Shown one piece after another: positions 1 through 11,540 of a stretch of 64,000 bases of DNA. Under the pieces are notes generated by a model, which saw only the letters and a program-made list of their open reading frames with translations, was not told the origin of the DNA and did no database searches. Source of the stretch: Octopus sinensis (Eukaryota); assembly GCF_006345805.1 (NCBI RefSeq), contig NC_043000.1:162192001-162256000 (forward strand), written 5' to 3'. The stretch's first letter is position 1, and each line of letters begins with the position of its first letter. Made by a program: the position numbers and the translations under genes.

Positions 1-3000
1 CCAGCACATGACCATTGGGTTCCTTTATTGGAGTTCATACAGTGGAAAACATTCAGACTAGTTTTCAAAAAGAGAAATTAATAGCTCGATGCGTTGTTTC
101 CTATGTCAGAAATGTTTGAGTTTTGGTTTCTTCCCCACTTTCCCCCTACACAAGACTGAGGTCCCGAAAAAAATAATAATGGGCGCTGCACTTATTCCCA
201 CTAACCCAAGAAAAATTGGAATGATTATAATGTATATTGATTCCCAATATATCAAAAGTCTTTGCTTGACTACTCCTGTAGGATTTGAACTGAGAACATT
301 CTCCGAATTTTATTTGTCAGTACTATCACTGATTTTTAAGACACGATACGCTTAGTGTAATCAATATGAGGAAAGAAAGCATAACTGGAAAGATCAAAGT
401 AAACAATTACAAGGAAAAATTGAAAAGTATCTGACCGTGCCAGAGTTTTTAAAAGCTGCTCGAGAGATCAAGAGACATCGTAAATGAAACCCAGAAACCA
501 GAGTTACAGGAAACATTTCCTCTATTGCATTCCTTCCTTTCATTATTAAGGATCTCCGTTCACAGATCCTTAATAACGAAAAGATATGTCATCATTATAG
601 TTTGCAAAAAATCAGTTGATATAAGCAATCTTGAATGTAATTGTAAATAATCTAACAATTATCTGTTATTTATAACATTAAGTACAATTGATATAATACG
701 CAGAGAGATACAGTCAATTACATCACCTCAGTACTTGATTAATTCTTGTTTTATTGACCCCGGATGTATGGAAGTTAAAAATCTATCTCGACTGAATTTG
801 GACTAAAACTTTAAAGAAACGTAGCTAAATAAGACCACGCATTTAGTCCGGCAGTATGGATTCCGTTGTTTATCGATCGGTTATAATAAAGGTACTGATA
901 AATTACTATTAGATACAATGTCTCAATTTAAAGAAGCAAAATTGGATATGCGATATTAATGTATTTAAAAAAAGAGCAGAAGGATAATTGATAAAGCCCG
1001 GTATGTACTGAACAGAGATAGCATAGAGGATGGTATATTAATATTAAATATGCGAGGATTCAACCGGTTAGCGTCAACACGGTCAATCGAATTGCAAGAA
1101 ATAGTTAAATGGCCCTTAAATTGTAACCTAATGTTAAAACAACAACAAAAGCACTGTAAATCTAGTTACACATTTCTGGGGTGGGAGGTGGGGCAGATGG
1201 CCATGACTTATGTTTGGAGAATCATAGAAGTGCTTGTTCTGTGTAGTCTTGGGGCTAAACATATGGTATCACAATTACTTTACATCAAAACCAAGTGTTT
1301 CAATTTCATATAAAAATTAATGTTAGTATATCGTGCTAGTAAATCGTCAAGTAATTAAGTTACGCTGAAGAATCGGGGATCGGGTAATTCTCTAAATCCT
1401 TACAAATTGAAACAAATACGTAAGCTCTTTCGAAAAAAAAAATGCCCATAATATTTTATAAAGATTGTTTTTCTTTTATTTTTGTTGAAGGGCACTGTTC
1501 TGTTTGTTTTTGGTAGCACACGGAATTATAGTTAAAATGTATGAAGGAGCAGAGAGAAAGAGGGAGGGAGGAAGTAAGAAACCTTAAAAAGAAAAACAAG
1601 GTATAATGAATAGGAAAGGAAGACGGAAAGAAGTTAATCAAGTACCAAAGAAAATGAGAGAGAAACAGACAGACAGACAGAAAGAGACCACGTGCCATGT
1701 GAGAAACTTAACGTTAATACTCGACAACTATTTTCAAAGACATCAAAAGAGCCAGAAATAGAATATGTGCGCGCGCGAAAACACACACGCGCACACACAG
1801 CTGTGCATAGAGACAGACACAGTTCACTCAATATTTATCGCGGTTAGTGGCCGACAGCTAAAAACCTTCAATCGACTGATGAGCACTTAGTAATGCAGTA
1901 GAAACCCCACTTTCATTCCCAGCCACTCTCCATCCAGCCTCGCAAGTAATATACCCGTTTACCTAATCACCTACCACTCGACTAGAAATGTTAATTCCAT
2001 TGAGAATGTTGTTAACAAGATAAGCAGTTACGAAATACTTGAAAAGTGAGCGTGTACACACACGGTGTTCTTCAAAAAATATATACACACATCGAAGAAT
2101 TATTAAGTCAGTGTTTATTAAAATACATTTCATTTTCAAACTAGTATAATCTACACAGAAAATAATATTTTTCATAAATGGCGGGTTTCAAATTGTTGAC
2201 CGTTCAAGTCCAGACGCTGGTCATAATGCGAAACAGATGAAATTTTAAACATCAAGAAACGTTTCGTTCGGTATTTGTGCGCATTCACGTCCAACGGCTG
2301 CCCTCAATTCGTCGACTGCTGCCAATTTTGTACCATAAAATTCATCTATTAAGTAGCTTTGTAAAGAAATTTTTAAAAAAAGGGGGAAAAAAGTGGCTAG
2401 TGTGTGAGACCTGATGAATATAGACGGTACCCTATTGAAATTCTTCGTTCAATTTTCCTGTTTGGAAAATCTCATCTAGGGTAGGCTATGAAAGTATGGT
2501 CGTGTTCCATGTTGCTGGAAATAAACTCCACATCGAAGGTCGAATGAATGCTTGGCATGACAGATTGTTGCTGCAAGTTCAAGTAAATGGAGCTAGTTTC
2601 AGTATTGTAAAAAAGAAAAAAAAAACTTTGCGTTTAATCCTTTTGATAAGCTGCACCAAATGTAATTCTTGGAAAATTAACAATGCTCTTACGTTAAAAG
2701 GGCTTAATTTATTGCTGGTTAAATTATCACATACTAGTAGCAAGGTTTTCTGCTACTAGTTTTCTGTAGTACTTAACATACAGAAATATTCAAGCTAAGG
2801 AACGTCTACGTGATCGCTTGACCTGATAAAAATCTCAGATTATAAACTGTTTTTTAAAACAAAAGCTACATTGGATATGTAGTTCCTAGTGTCTCGGAAA
2901 CTATGATCTTAGCTAGAAAGAATTTAATAAGTTTGATCGATTAGAAACAATCTGGGACAACAAGTAACAAAAATAATATATTCTTTGAATAATATCGTTC

Positions 3001-4775
3001 CTTTCTCCCCAAAGACTTGTGTTTGCACGTTTTTATCGACATAAACCAGGTAAATGAAATGCATCTTCAATCATTTTAGCCAAATCGAAGCAATCACAAA
3101 CGAGAACTGAAATCACTTCGATATATGATCAATTCGTCGGCAGCTGACAAACAAACGTACCTCGGGCTTGCTGCCTTTGCACAAAGCGGCACCAGTTGGG
3201 GACATTACATGTACATCATAAATAAACAAGTCAGCAATGTGGCAACTAATCAATTGACGAGTGATCGAAACAGGCGGGCATAATCATTCTTTCAGGACAG
3301 GACATATGCTAGAATCGATACGTCCGTCATTCGTTTTAATCGTACTGGTTAAAGCTAAAACGGGAGCTCTCAAATGGTTCAAACGTTTGGTTTAGATTGT
3401 TTTGGTTTTAGTATGTTACTATGGTAGCGTATAATTCTGACTTCTAACGATCGAAAATGGCCGAATTTGATTAATAAATGTCAACATTTAAAAAGTTAGT
3501 AACTTTTTATCTTTCCACATAGCAGTGGATAAGCAGTCATTAGAGCATTGGACACATTACCTTGTATTTATTTCGGCTCTTTTATATTCTGGGTTCAAAC
3601 CTTACTGAGATCAACTTTACTTTTTATCTCTTTCGGATTGGTAAAATAAAGCACCGGTCAAGTATTGGACTCGATTGCGTCACTTAATTCCACTCTACAC
3701 CTCAAAACTGCTGACTGTGTCTCAATTAGAGACCATTAGTAATTTCTCTAAAAATGGTTAGGATTTTCCTAATTGGTAAGAAACTACATCAGTGTAGAAA
3801 TTTCCTAAACGGCCGTACCTGGTGTGTCAAACTGAAGACATCTAAAATAAATGCGTTCCATCTTGAGATAAAATCAGGCCTTAATCAATGGGTTTCTCAA
3901 GTGCGTGTGATGAAATATCCAAACAATATGACTTACCTATCGCCTGTACTTATCAGGTGAATCTAGGAACTGTTCATGTTTGCTCATAATTATAAAGAAA
4001 TTTCAATAAAACGAAGAACGCATATACATCGGATATATATTTAAAGCACTATGTATTCCCCACAAGGGAACGAGAGGTGTAAGAGAAATTGTATCAACAG
4101 AAACTTTATATTAAAAAACCTCATTATTGCTTTCGCCCGGTGTTGCCATTACAGGCTTACTCTAAATTTAGCAATTGTTTTTAGTCCAATATTAATCTTG
4201 GGGAAGCAGGCCTAAGAACATCCTGAGGTTTGTAGAACATTTGATTGTTAATTTGAACAGGTTGAACAACGACAGAGAGATATCCTTGTGTGCTTACAGT
4301 CTATATAAAAAGAGTGACTAAAGTAATTGGCACGCGTAGCTAAATGCTATACTACTAAGTTTTTAACTGTTCAAAGACATTATGAAAGTAATATCTCTAC
4401 AAGGACGGTGCAACCTTACTGACTAAGCAGTATAGCATTCAGTACCAGCGGGAATTGCAGCAACTTAGCACGATGAATTAACCTCCTGCTAGGCACACGC
4501 AAAAACACACAGGATACACAAATGCACAGCAGAGGTGCACATTGTCTAGGGTGATTAAATAGCAGCAAGGGAATTCAAGTTTACACAACATCACGAGAGT
4601 GAAGGTAACAGCTGGGATTTAACGAAAGTAAATGAATTCTTTCACCACAAACAGGCCGCAAAAATGATTTGCCCTTAAAATATTTCAGTTGGGTAGAAAC
4701 GAAAATGAAAAGAAAAATAGCCGGATAAATTGTCTTTCAGGGTTTACTTCTTAATCTTTACGTACTGAAATTTAA

Positions 4776-5360
4776 ACCGTTAGTCACATGGGGCGCGTTG
4801 TCACCCCCGTTTTTTTTAAATGCTCGTAATTTCTTGTTGGCAGCTTATTTATTTTTTGCTCCCTTTTTTCTACTCTTCTGACTCAGTGAGAGTGTGTTGC
4901 AGGTGGTGTGGCGCAGTCATGGCTCAGTTTTCGTGGAAGGTAGACAACGTTTTTGTCAAGTTACCCCATGTGGCTAACGTAGTTCAAGTTTTGATTTAAT
5001 GCATATTATAACGGAGATTGTTTATGTTATATTTTTATAACGTTACTATTCATCGTAGATATTTAAAAATCTCACAAAATGGTGTATTCTGTGGGTATTT
5101 TTAAAATAAATGTGACCTGAATCTAAGATGTTTTTTTAGTTTTCCCTTAATTTTATAATTTATTCTATTGTATTGTTTTATATTAATATCAATCAACTAC
5201 AAAGGTTTCAAACTTCTCGGCGCTGATGGCGGATATATCTTGAACCAATAGAATGAGTATATTTTACAGACTACTAAAACTATAAACATTTTTGTATTAG
5301 AATTGGTAAACACATCATGTGACTAACCATATTCGGAATGGTCAGGTGACTAACGAAGGG
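4776..5360. mobile_element. piggyBac-like non-autonomous DNA transposon remnant
   Basis: Right end GTGACTAACGAAGGG|TTAA (5346-5364). Left end TTAA|ACCGTTAGTCAC (4772-4787) is a degenerate inverted copy. A TTAA target and CCC/GGG terminus are piggyBac hallmarks. Confidence 0.5.
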
Positions 5361-6202
5361 TTAAATAACACTGTAGCCTTTTTTTTTTTTTGCTTTACAA
5401 CCTTCTGGCGTCGATGAAGATAAAAGCACCAGTTCTCAAGTTGGATATGAATACACTGGTATCTATTCATTCTTCGAAAATGGTGTCGTCGTGTGTCTAT
5501 ATTCTGTAGTTTATTTAGGTCATCATCAAGGCTAACCTCATGCTGGAGCATTGCATTCAATTCTGAATTATTTGGAGTTACACATTAATAGCAATACAAA
5601 CAGTAATTATTTCGAAAGTTTTACAATGTCTGAAATGGAGGAAGGGATTTGGTAAAGTGAATTAACTCGGAAACTGATGAGGACTTTTTTTCATCAACCC
5701 AGAATTAATAAGTCGCAGCTAAATACAGGATGCTCTAGTGAAAGCTTTTCTAAATAGAGCAGACATTCTGTCTTGGAACTGCTTCCATATTTAATAAGTG
5801 GAATACATAAACACAGACCTACGCCAAATATAACCTGGGATTCTGAAGGAAATAATTGCAAACTGACTTTTTAGTTTAAAAAAAAAAAGAACAAAAAATT
5901 ACATATAATGTTTAATATTTTATATCCGAAAAGCATTATCAATATGCAAATTATGTGGAGATAAAAATATTAAAAAGGAAGAAAATGTGGAGCTAGAAAC
6001 TATATTATAATTAGTAATGCTGAATTTTGATATGTTTCTATACACATCCTGCAATAACAAAATCTGTTAATTTTCCTCTTCAAATACTTGATATGGATTT
6101 CATGGAAACAAAATCTATTTGCTTTATCCCAAGATGAAATGAGAAGAGCAAGATATCACCATCAATCAAACTAATATTTGCTGCAAACCAGTGAAGGAGC
6201 CT

Positions 6203-6904
6203 CAAATTGAACAATCCTCAAATTGTGTAGGTCTTTACCTCAATGAGGCCAAGACTGAATATATAAACAAGTGCCTGTCCAACAGTGATTGCATCATCCA
6301 TACTCTCAACAATACGCTCTTAAATATGGTTTCTGATTACAAATATCTTGGGTCATACATATCATCATCTGGAAAAGACTTTCTAACTAGAAAGGGTATG
6401 GCCTGGTCAGCCTGTAATGACATGCATAAGATCTGGTCATCAAATCTAAGTGGAGACTTCAAACTTGAAATATTCAAAGCCACAGTCGAACCAATTCTAC
6501 TATATGGCTCAGAAACCTGGACGTTATCAAAGAAGCTTGAGAGGCGGTTGGATGGAACCTACACTCGCCTCCTTATGAGAGCTCAAAATCTCTCGTGGAA
6601 GCGTCATCCAACCAAAATGCAAATATATGGGAAACTACCACCTGTATCATCTCTTGTGAAAGGTAGGAGAGTCCAGTTTGCTGGACATTGTTGTAGAGCT
6701 GAAAGCGAGGCAATTTCTACTCTTCTCATCTGGAAGCCATCTACTCGCAATACCAGAGGGCGCACACTCTTCTACCCTGATGTAATCTCCAGGGAAACAG
6801 GCATCCAGCAACAGGACCTCCGTAATGCCATGATGGACCGTGAAGTCTGGCGTAGCATGGTAAATTCCATTGTCTCGACCACGGTCGAACAATGATGATG
6901 ATGA
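6203..6904 (+). mobile_element. 5'-truncated RTE-clade LINE (C-terminal reverse transcriptase region, intact frame)
   Basis: ORF 6191-6895 has VGLYLNEAKTEY, YKYLGSYI, PILLYGSETWTL and RRVQFAGH, typical RTE RT/C-terminal motifs. A 3' stem-loop TCGACC-AC-GGTCGA sits at the stop, followed by a (TGA)n tail. Candidate TSD GTGAAGGAGCCT (6191-6202) / GCGAAGGAGCTT (6905-6916). Confidence 0.9.
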
Positions 6905-7194
6905 GCGAAGGAGCTTATATGTGGTCACTCCATATTTGTTAGATATTAGAACGAAATCTCTCGAGTCAAGCTATTGCTATGTAAAAAGACATTGAATAAT
7001 AATAGCTCCGGAAAGTTATGTTTAAAAATACAAGATGATTAAATTTAGAATATCTTTGATAATAGGTCTGCTAGGTTACGGTTGATCCGGGTGGAACTAA
7101 TCAACAGCAACAATATTTGTGTAGTAAAAACAAAAAAACCAAATCTTGAAGAGAATCTTTAGCTCAAGAACTTTCAGAAAAGTTATTGTGTTCG

Positions 7195-7260
<66 letters not shown>

Positions 7261-8012
7261 CCTTTCTATAGTTGCTCGATATGTAAAAATAGGAGTAAAG
7301 TCTATCAAACTATAATTTGCTATCTTAAAAGAAATCAATAATGTACTTTTAGATAAATTATCTGGAACAAATAAGACAGGATTGTAACAATTGGAATGCC
7401 TTTAGTTATAGGTTTACTCAAACAAGGCTAACCTGGAGCAAAACAGCAATACAAGTTTTGGATTCAATTTAAACTGTATATGTGAAGGCTCTGCCACAAT
7501 ATGGCTACAGTGCAATGGCTGGAATTAGAAGAGGAGAAATGGTTTAAGCACCATACATCTCTATGGAAGAACGAGACACTAATATACTGGACAATATTAA
7601 TGATGAAAGGAAAATTACTATAACCAGGATTGCAAGGATGTCGAGGTCAGTCCTCAAAGAAATTACTGTTGGCATATAGATCAATAAATTGCTTCATATG
7701 GACGGACACACTAATGAATTGATTGACTGACTCATACAAACGTATTCAGAAGAAAATTAATAGAATAATAATGAAACGGAAGAACTACATCAATTATTTG
7801 AGATTGTCGTCTTCTCTCACTTGCAATGCTTTCTTCATACTTTGAAACAAAGCGGACTGAAATTAAGGAGAATATACGAAGTTTATTTAGCACAAATGAA
7901 TCCAAAGATACAATATTCGGTAACGCTCCAATTCAAATATCTGCTTACATTTAATTTGAACTATTACTGAAGATAATACTTTCTACTATAGGCAGGGTCT
8001 TAATCGTCTAAA

Positions 8013-8790
8013 AACTCCAGTGCTCAACTGGTACTTATTTTATCAATTTCAAAAGAGGTAAAAGGTAAAGTCGACCTTTGCGGCATTTGAACTCAGAACG
8101 TAATCGCTGACGATGTTGACGAACAAAAATAGTGGTGTCAAATTTTGGCACAATGCCAGTAACATCATAGGTAGGGGTGTAAGCTGATTACACCGACTCC
8201 AATACTTGACTGGTACTTATTTCTATCGATCCCGAAAGTATTGGACAAAGTCGACCCCGGCGGCATTTCAGCTCAGAACGTAAAGACAGACGAAATGCCG
8301 CTGAGCATTGTGTCCGGTATGCTAATGCACATGCCAGCTCGCCGCATTTGGCACAGAGCCAGCAATCTTTGATGGAGGGGAAAGTTGAGTACATCGACTC
8401 CAGTACTTAAGTTGTTACTTTATTTTGACGACCCCAAAAAGATGAAAGGTAGAATCGGCCTCGTTAGGATTTGAACTCGGAACGTAAAGAGACAAAAGAA
8501 ATACCTATTTCTTTACTACCCACAAGGGGCTAAACGCAGAGAGGACAAACAAGCACAGGCAAACGGATTAAGTCGATTATATCGACCTCAATTCGTAACT
8601 GGTACTTAATTTATCGACTCCGAAAGGATAAAAGGCAAAGTCGACCTCGGCGGAATTTTAACTCAGAACGTAATGGCAGACAAAAGACTACTAAGCATTT
8701 CGCCCGGCGTGCTAACGTTTCTGCCAGCTCGCCGCCTGAGCTGGCAGAAACGTTACAAAAGAAATACCGCTAAGCATTTTCCCCGATGCA
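8013..8790 (-). mobile_element. Stack of four same-orientation tRNA-derived SINEs (Meta/MESC-like central domain); the youngest copy (8506-8736) is nested in an older copy
   Basis: Repeated GGTACTT..TATCGA..CCCGAAAG..AAAGTCGACCTCGGCGGAATTTGAACTCAGAACGTAA, the reverse complement of B box GAGTTCAAATTCC plus the GCCTTTCATCCTTTCGGGGTCGATAAA..AGTACCAG domain. The nested copy has a 14-bp TSD ACAAAAGAAATACC at 8492-8505 and 8755-8768. Confidence 0.85.
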
Positions 8791-10467
8791 CTAACTATAC
8801 TAATAGAGGTACAAGGCTCGAAATTTGTGGAATAGGATCGTATTTTACCGACCGTGAAGGGATGAAACTAGATAATTAAACGTAAAATAGTCATTAACAA
8901 ATAAGCAACGTCATTGTGGGTATGTGTGTTAAATTTCGAGAAAAGATCCCCACCGATCTACAGATGTTTCTCTTTTACATGAAATTAATGCGCCAACATG
9001 TCCTCTTGTTTAGGAGGGGCAGGAACTTTAAAAAGGTTACGAGTACCACACCTTTTCTCCACAGATGAATCAACAGAGAGAAACAGATGTAAATGTGAAG
9101 AAAGTGGAGCAACGGATAAACAAAAAAATAGAGAAAAAAAGAAAAAAAATCTGATTAAATTGACATGGACAATGAACAGGGCGTAGTTACGCTGCTAAAC
9201 TATCAAAAGGTTACACTACCAAGACCCCAATTATCTAATAAACCACATGGACCGAAACAACAGATTTTCAGCCATCCATAACACCTCTTAATCTGAACGC
9301 AAAACATACGTGCTTAGTTAAAAATGTGTGCATGCCACGTGTAATATATTCCATATAAAATTTCGATTTGCATTTTAATAGATCCTTCATCAAATCTACA
9401 ACAAAGAGCAGACAGCTGTATTGTTAAGGATTTAGCTTTGCAATGTATGGAAAACATGGTAATCGACAAGTACATGCGGCCTTTAAAAATGTGAATTGAA
9501 AAGGTCATATTGATAAACTGAGTAAATAGGAGAAAGAGAAAGAAAAATTCAGTGTCCTTTTTGAAATGTATGAACGCCACAACATCCAGAAAAGTTGTTA
9601 AATCCATCACAAATATAAAACAAGTACGAGAACGAGAAAATGATTAAGCATCCAGATGGCTCCTATTAACTTGCTTGAAATAGCAGTCAAATACCCCTCA
9701 TTATATCCTACCGACATGAAAACGGATACATTGGATGACGTAATTCTAGATGTTATATATATCTTGAAAACAAAAAAAAACAGACCAAATGGCTACGACC
9801 GGAATGCCTTTTAGCATTGGCCTGTTCGGAGATGAGCTGAGTCTAAACAACAGCATACAAGAACCATTCTAAATTATAACTAGCTATTATGTGCATAAGA
9901 TAATTTTATAAGGGACAACCACATGTGTTCTTTAATTATTGATTCTAGAGGGAATCAGAACACAGATGTTCTATTATGATCTAAAATAAAACAAAAATAG
10001 AAACGAAACACTGAACTCTAAGACACAACATCAAGTTCATCTCTTTTTGTGTTTGCGCAAAAAGACTTTATTTCTCTACAGGAGTTGTAAAATTTAGTCC
10101 CAGGCGTGCAAGTAAGGTGATGGCAACTGTTCGGCGTTTGGGGATTTGAATGAGAAAATAATGAATTTTATGATGGTATTTTATCTTCCTTCTTTCGTTT
10201 TGTTGTTATTTACTGACATAAAAACCTGAGACACAGATGTCTAACAAAAATTATTCGATGACTTCATAAACGTCACAGGGAAAAAAGTTTACATTTTCAA
10301 GTACTGCATGGAACTTGCTGTAATACATAGAGAAACGCGTGTGAAAGTGTACTCATTACTGTGTCGAGAACGAAAAATTATTTTGAAAATTTTGCGTAGG
10401 CCTCTGAGCAGGTATCGCCAAGCTTTTGGTAAAATTTGGTGAAGATTCTCTGCTCGACTTTATATAT

Positions 10468-10930
10468 ATTCTATTCTTTCATATGTTTCAGCTTTGAGGC
10501 TGTAGCCATGCTGGGACACCCACCAGTGTAATCACCTTTAAATTGGCCAATTCTATCGGATTGTCTTTTACTGAAGGAGGGAGCTCGATACCGCTTCCTT
10601 CTTTTGAGTTTCTTGCTTTGGAATTGGTTCATTAGGGATCTTGGATAGCAAGAGGTCAACATCTATCTCAACTTCTTGAAGATACCTCAGATGTTTTGGC
10701 AAGGAGTTAAATAGAATCCCAAACTATCGCAGTACATGGTCCTCACCTTAGATGAGACAACAAGGACTTTTGGAATAGTGCTATGACGTACAGTTCGAAG
10801 TCTGGTATAACTCAGTTCCAAAGTTTGGTGCCAACCCCTCCAATATCTTCTACATATATCACCGTATACTTCTCCCGTCTTCGCTCCCGGGAGTAGAGTC
10901 GTAGCTATTTCAATCTCTCCAGTAGCTCAG
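10468..10930 (-). mobile_element. CR1/L2-like LINE 3' fragment (degenerate), inverted partner of 10931-11540
   Basis: The reverse complement aligns by eye to the plus-strand copy next to it (LRLYS..ERRR..Y..KILEGLAPNFGTE.., GATCTTGGATAGCAAGAGGTCAAC) and ends in the same AAGAATAGAATA tail. Confidence 0.8.
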
Positions 10931-11540
10931 TTTTTCCATTGATGCATTTGGACTACTGTTCTCAACTGTGGTCACCTTACAGTGTAGGATTAATAGCATA
11001 ATTTTAGGCGATTCAGTGATACTTCACGGGGAAGGTTGCATTAATGAAACAGCTGAGCTAATGGGAGATACTGACAGAGGTACGACTCTACTCCCTGGAA
11101 CAAACACGAGAGATGTATGCAGTGATATGTGTGGAAAGTACGGGAGGGGCTGGTACCAAACTTTGGAACTGAGAGTTATACCAGACCTCGAATAAGACGT
11201 CACTGCACTATTCCAAAAGTCCTAGCTGTCTCATCTAAGGCGAGAACCATGTACAGCAGTAGCTTGGGATTTAAGGGCCCGAAGCTATTTAACGCCTTGC
11301 CAAAGCATCTGAGTGATCTTCATGGAGTTGGTGTAGAGGTTTTCAAGAAACAAGTTGACCTCTTGCTATCCAAGATCCCAAATGAAACAATATCAAAGCA
11401 GGAAACTTAAAAGAGGGCAGAGATATCGAACTCCCTCCTTTACCAAAAGCCAATTACATAGAATTGATCAATTTAAAGGTGATTATACTAGCGGTGCCCT
11501 AGCATGGCCACAAACTTACGGTTTAAATATATAAAAGAAT
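10931..11540 (+). mobile_element. CR1/L2-like LINE 3' fragment (ORF2 C-terminus with stops)
   Basis: Translates to HLDYCSQLWSPY..LYSLE..WKVREGLVPNFG..SLGFKGPKLFNALPKHL..FKKQVDLLLSKIP, characteristic of CR1-group ORF2 ends. The 3' UTR contains GCGGTGCCCTAGCATGGCCAC. Confidence 0.85.

Noticed and set aside
107-307. Open minus-strand frame with a TM-like stretch (SIYIIIIPIFLGLVGISAAPIIIFFG), considered as a further SLCO exon
   Set aside because: No match to OATP motifs, no ATG or convincing acceptor, and its 5' part resembles a SINE B-box remnant.
1876-1896. CTGATGAG...GAAA considered as a hammerhead
   Set aside because: No stem II or stem III pairing.
3937-4000. Strong minus-strand donor GATAG|GTAAGT
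   Set aside because: No supportable coding frame or acceptor; an orphan consensus match.
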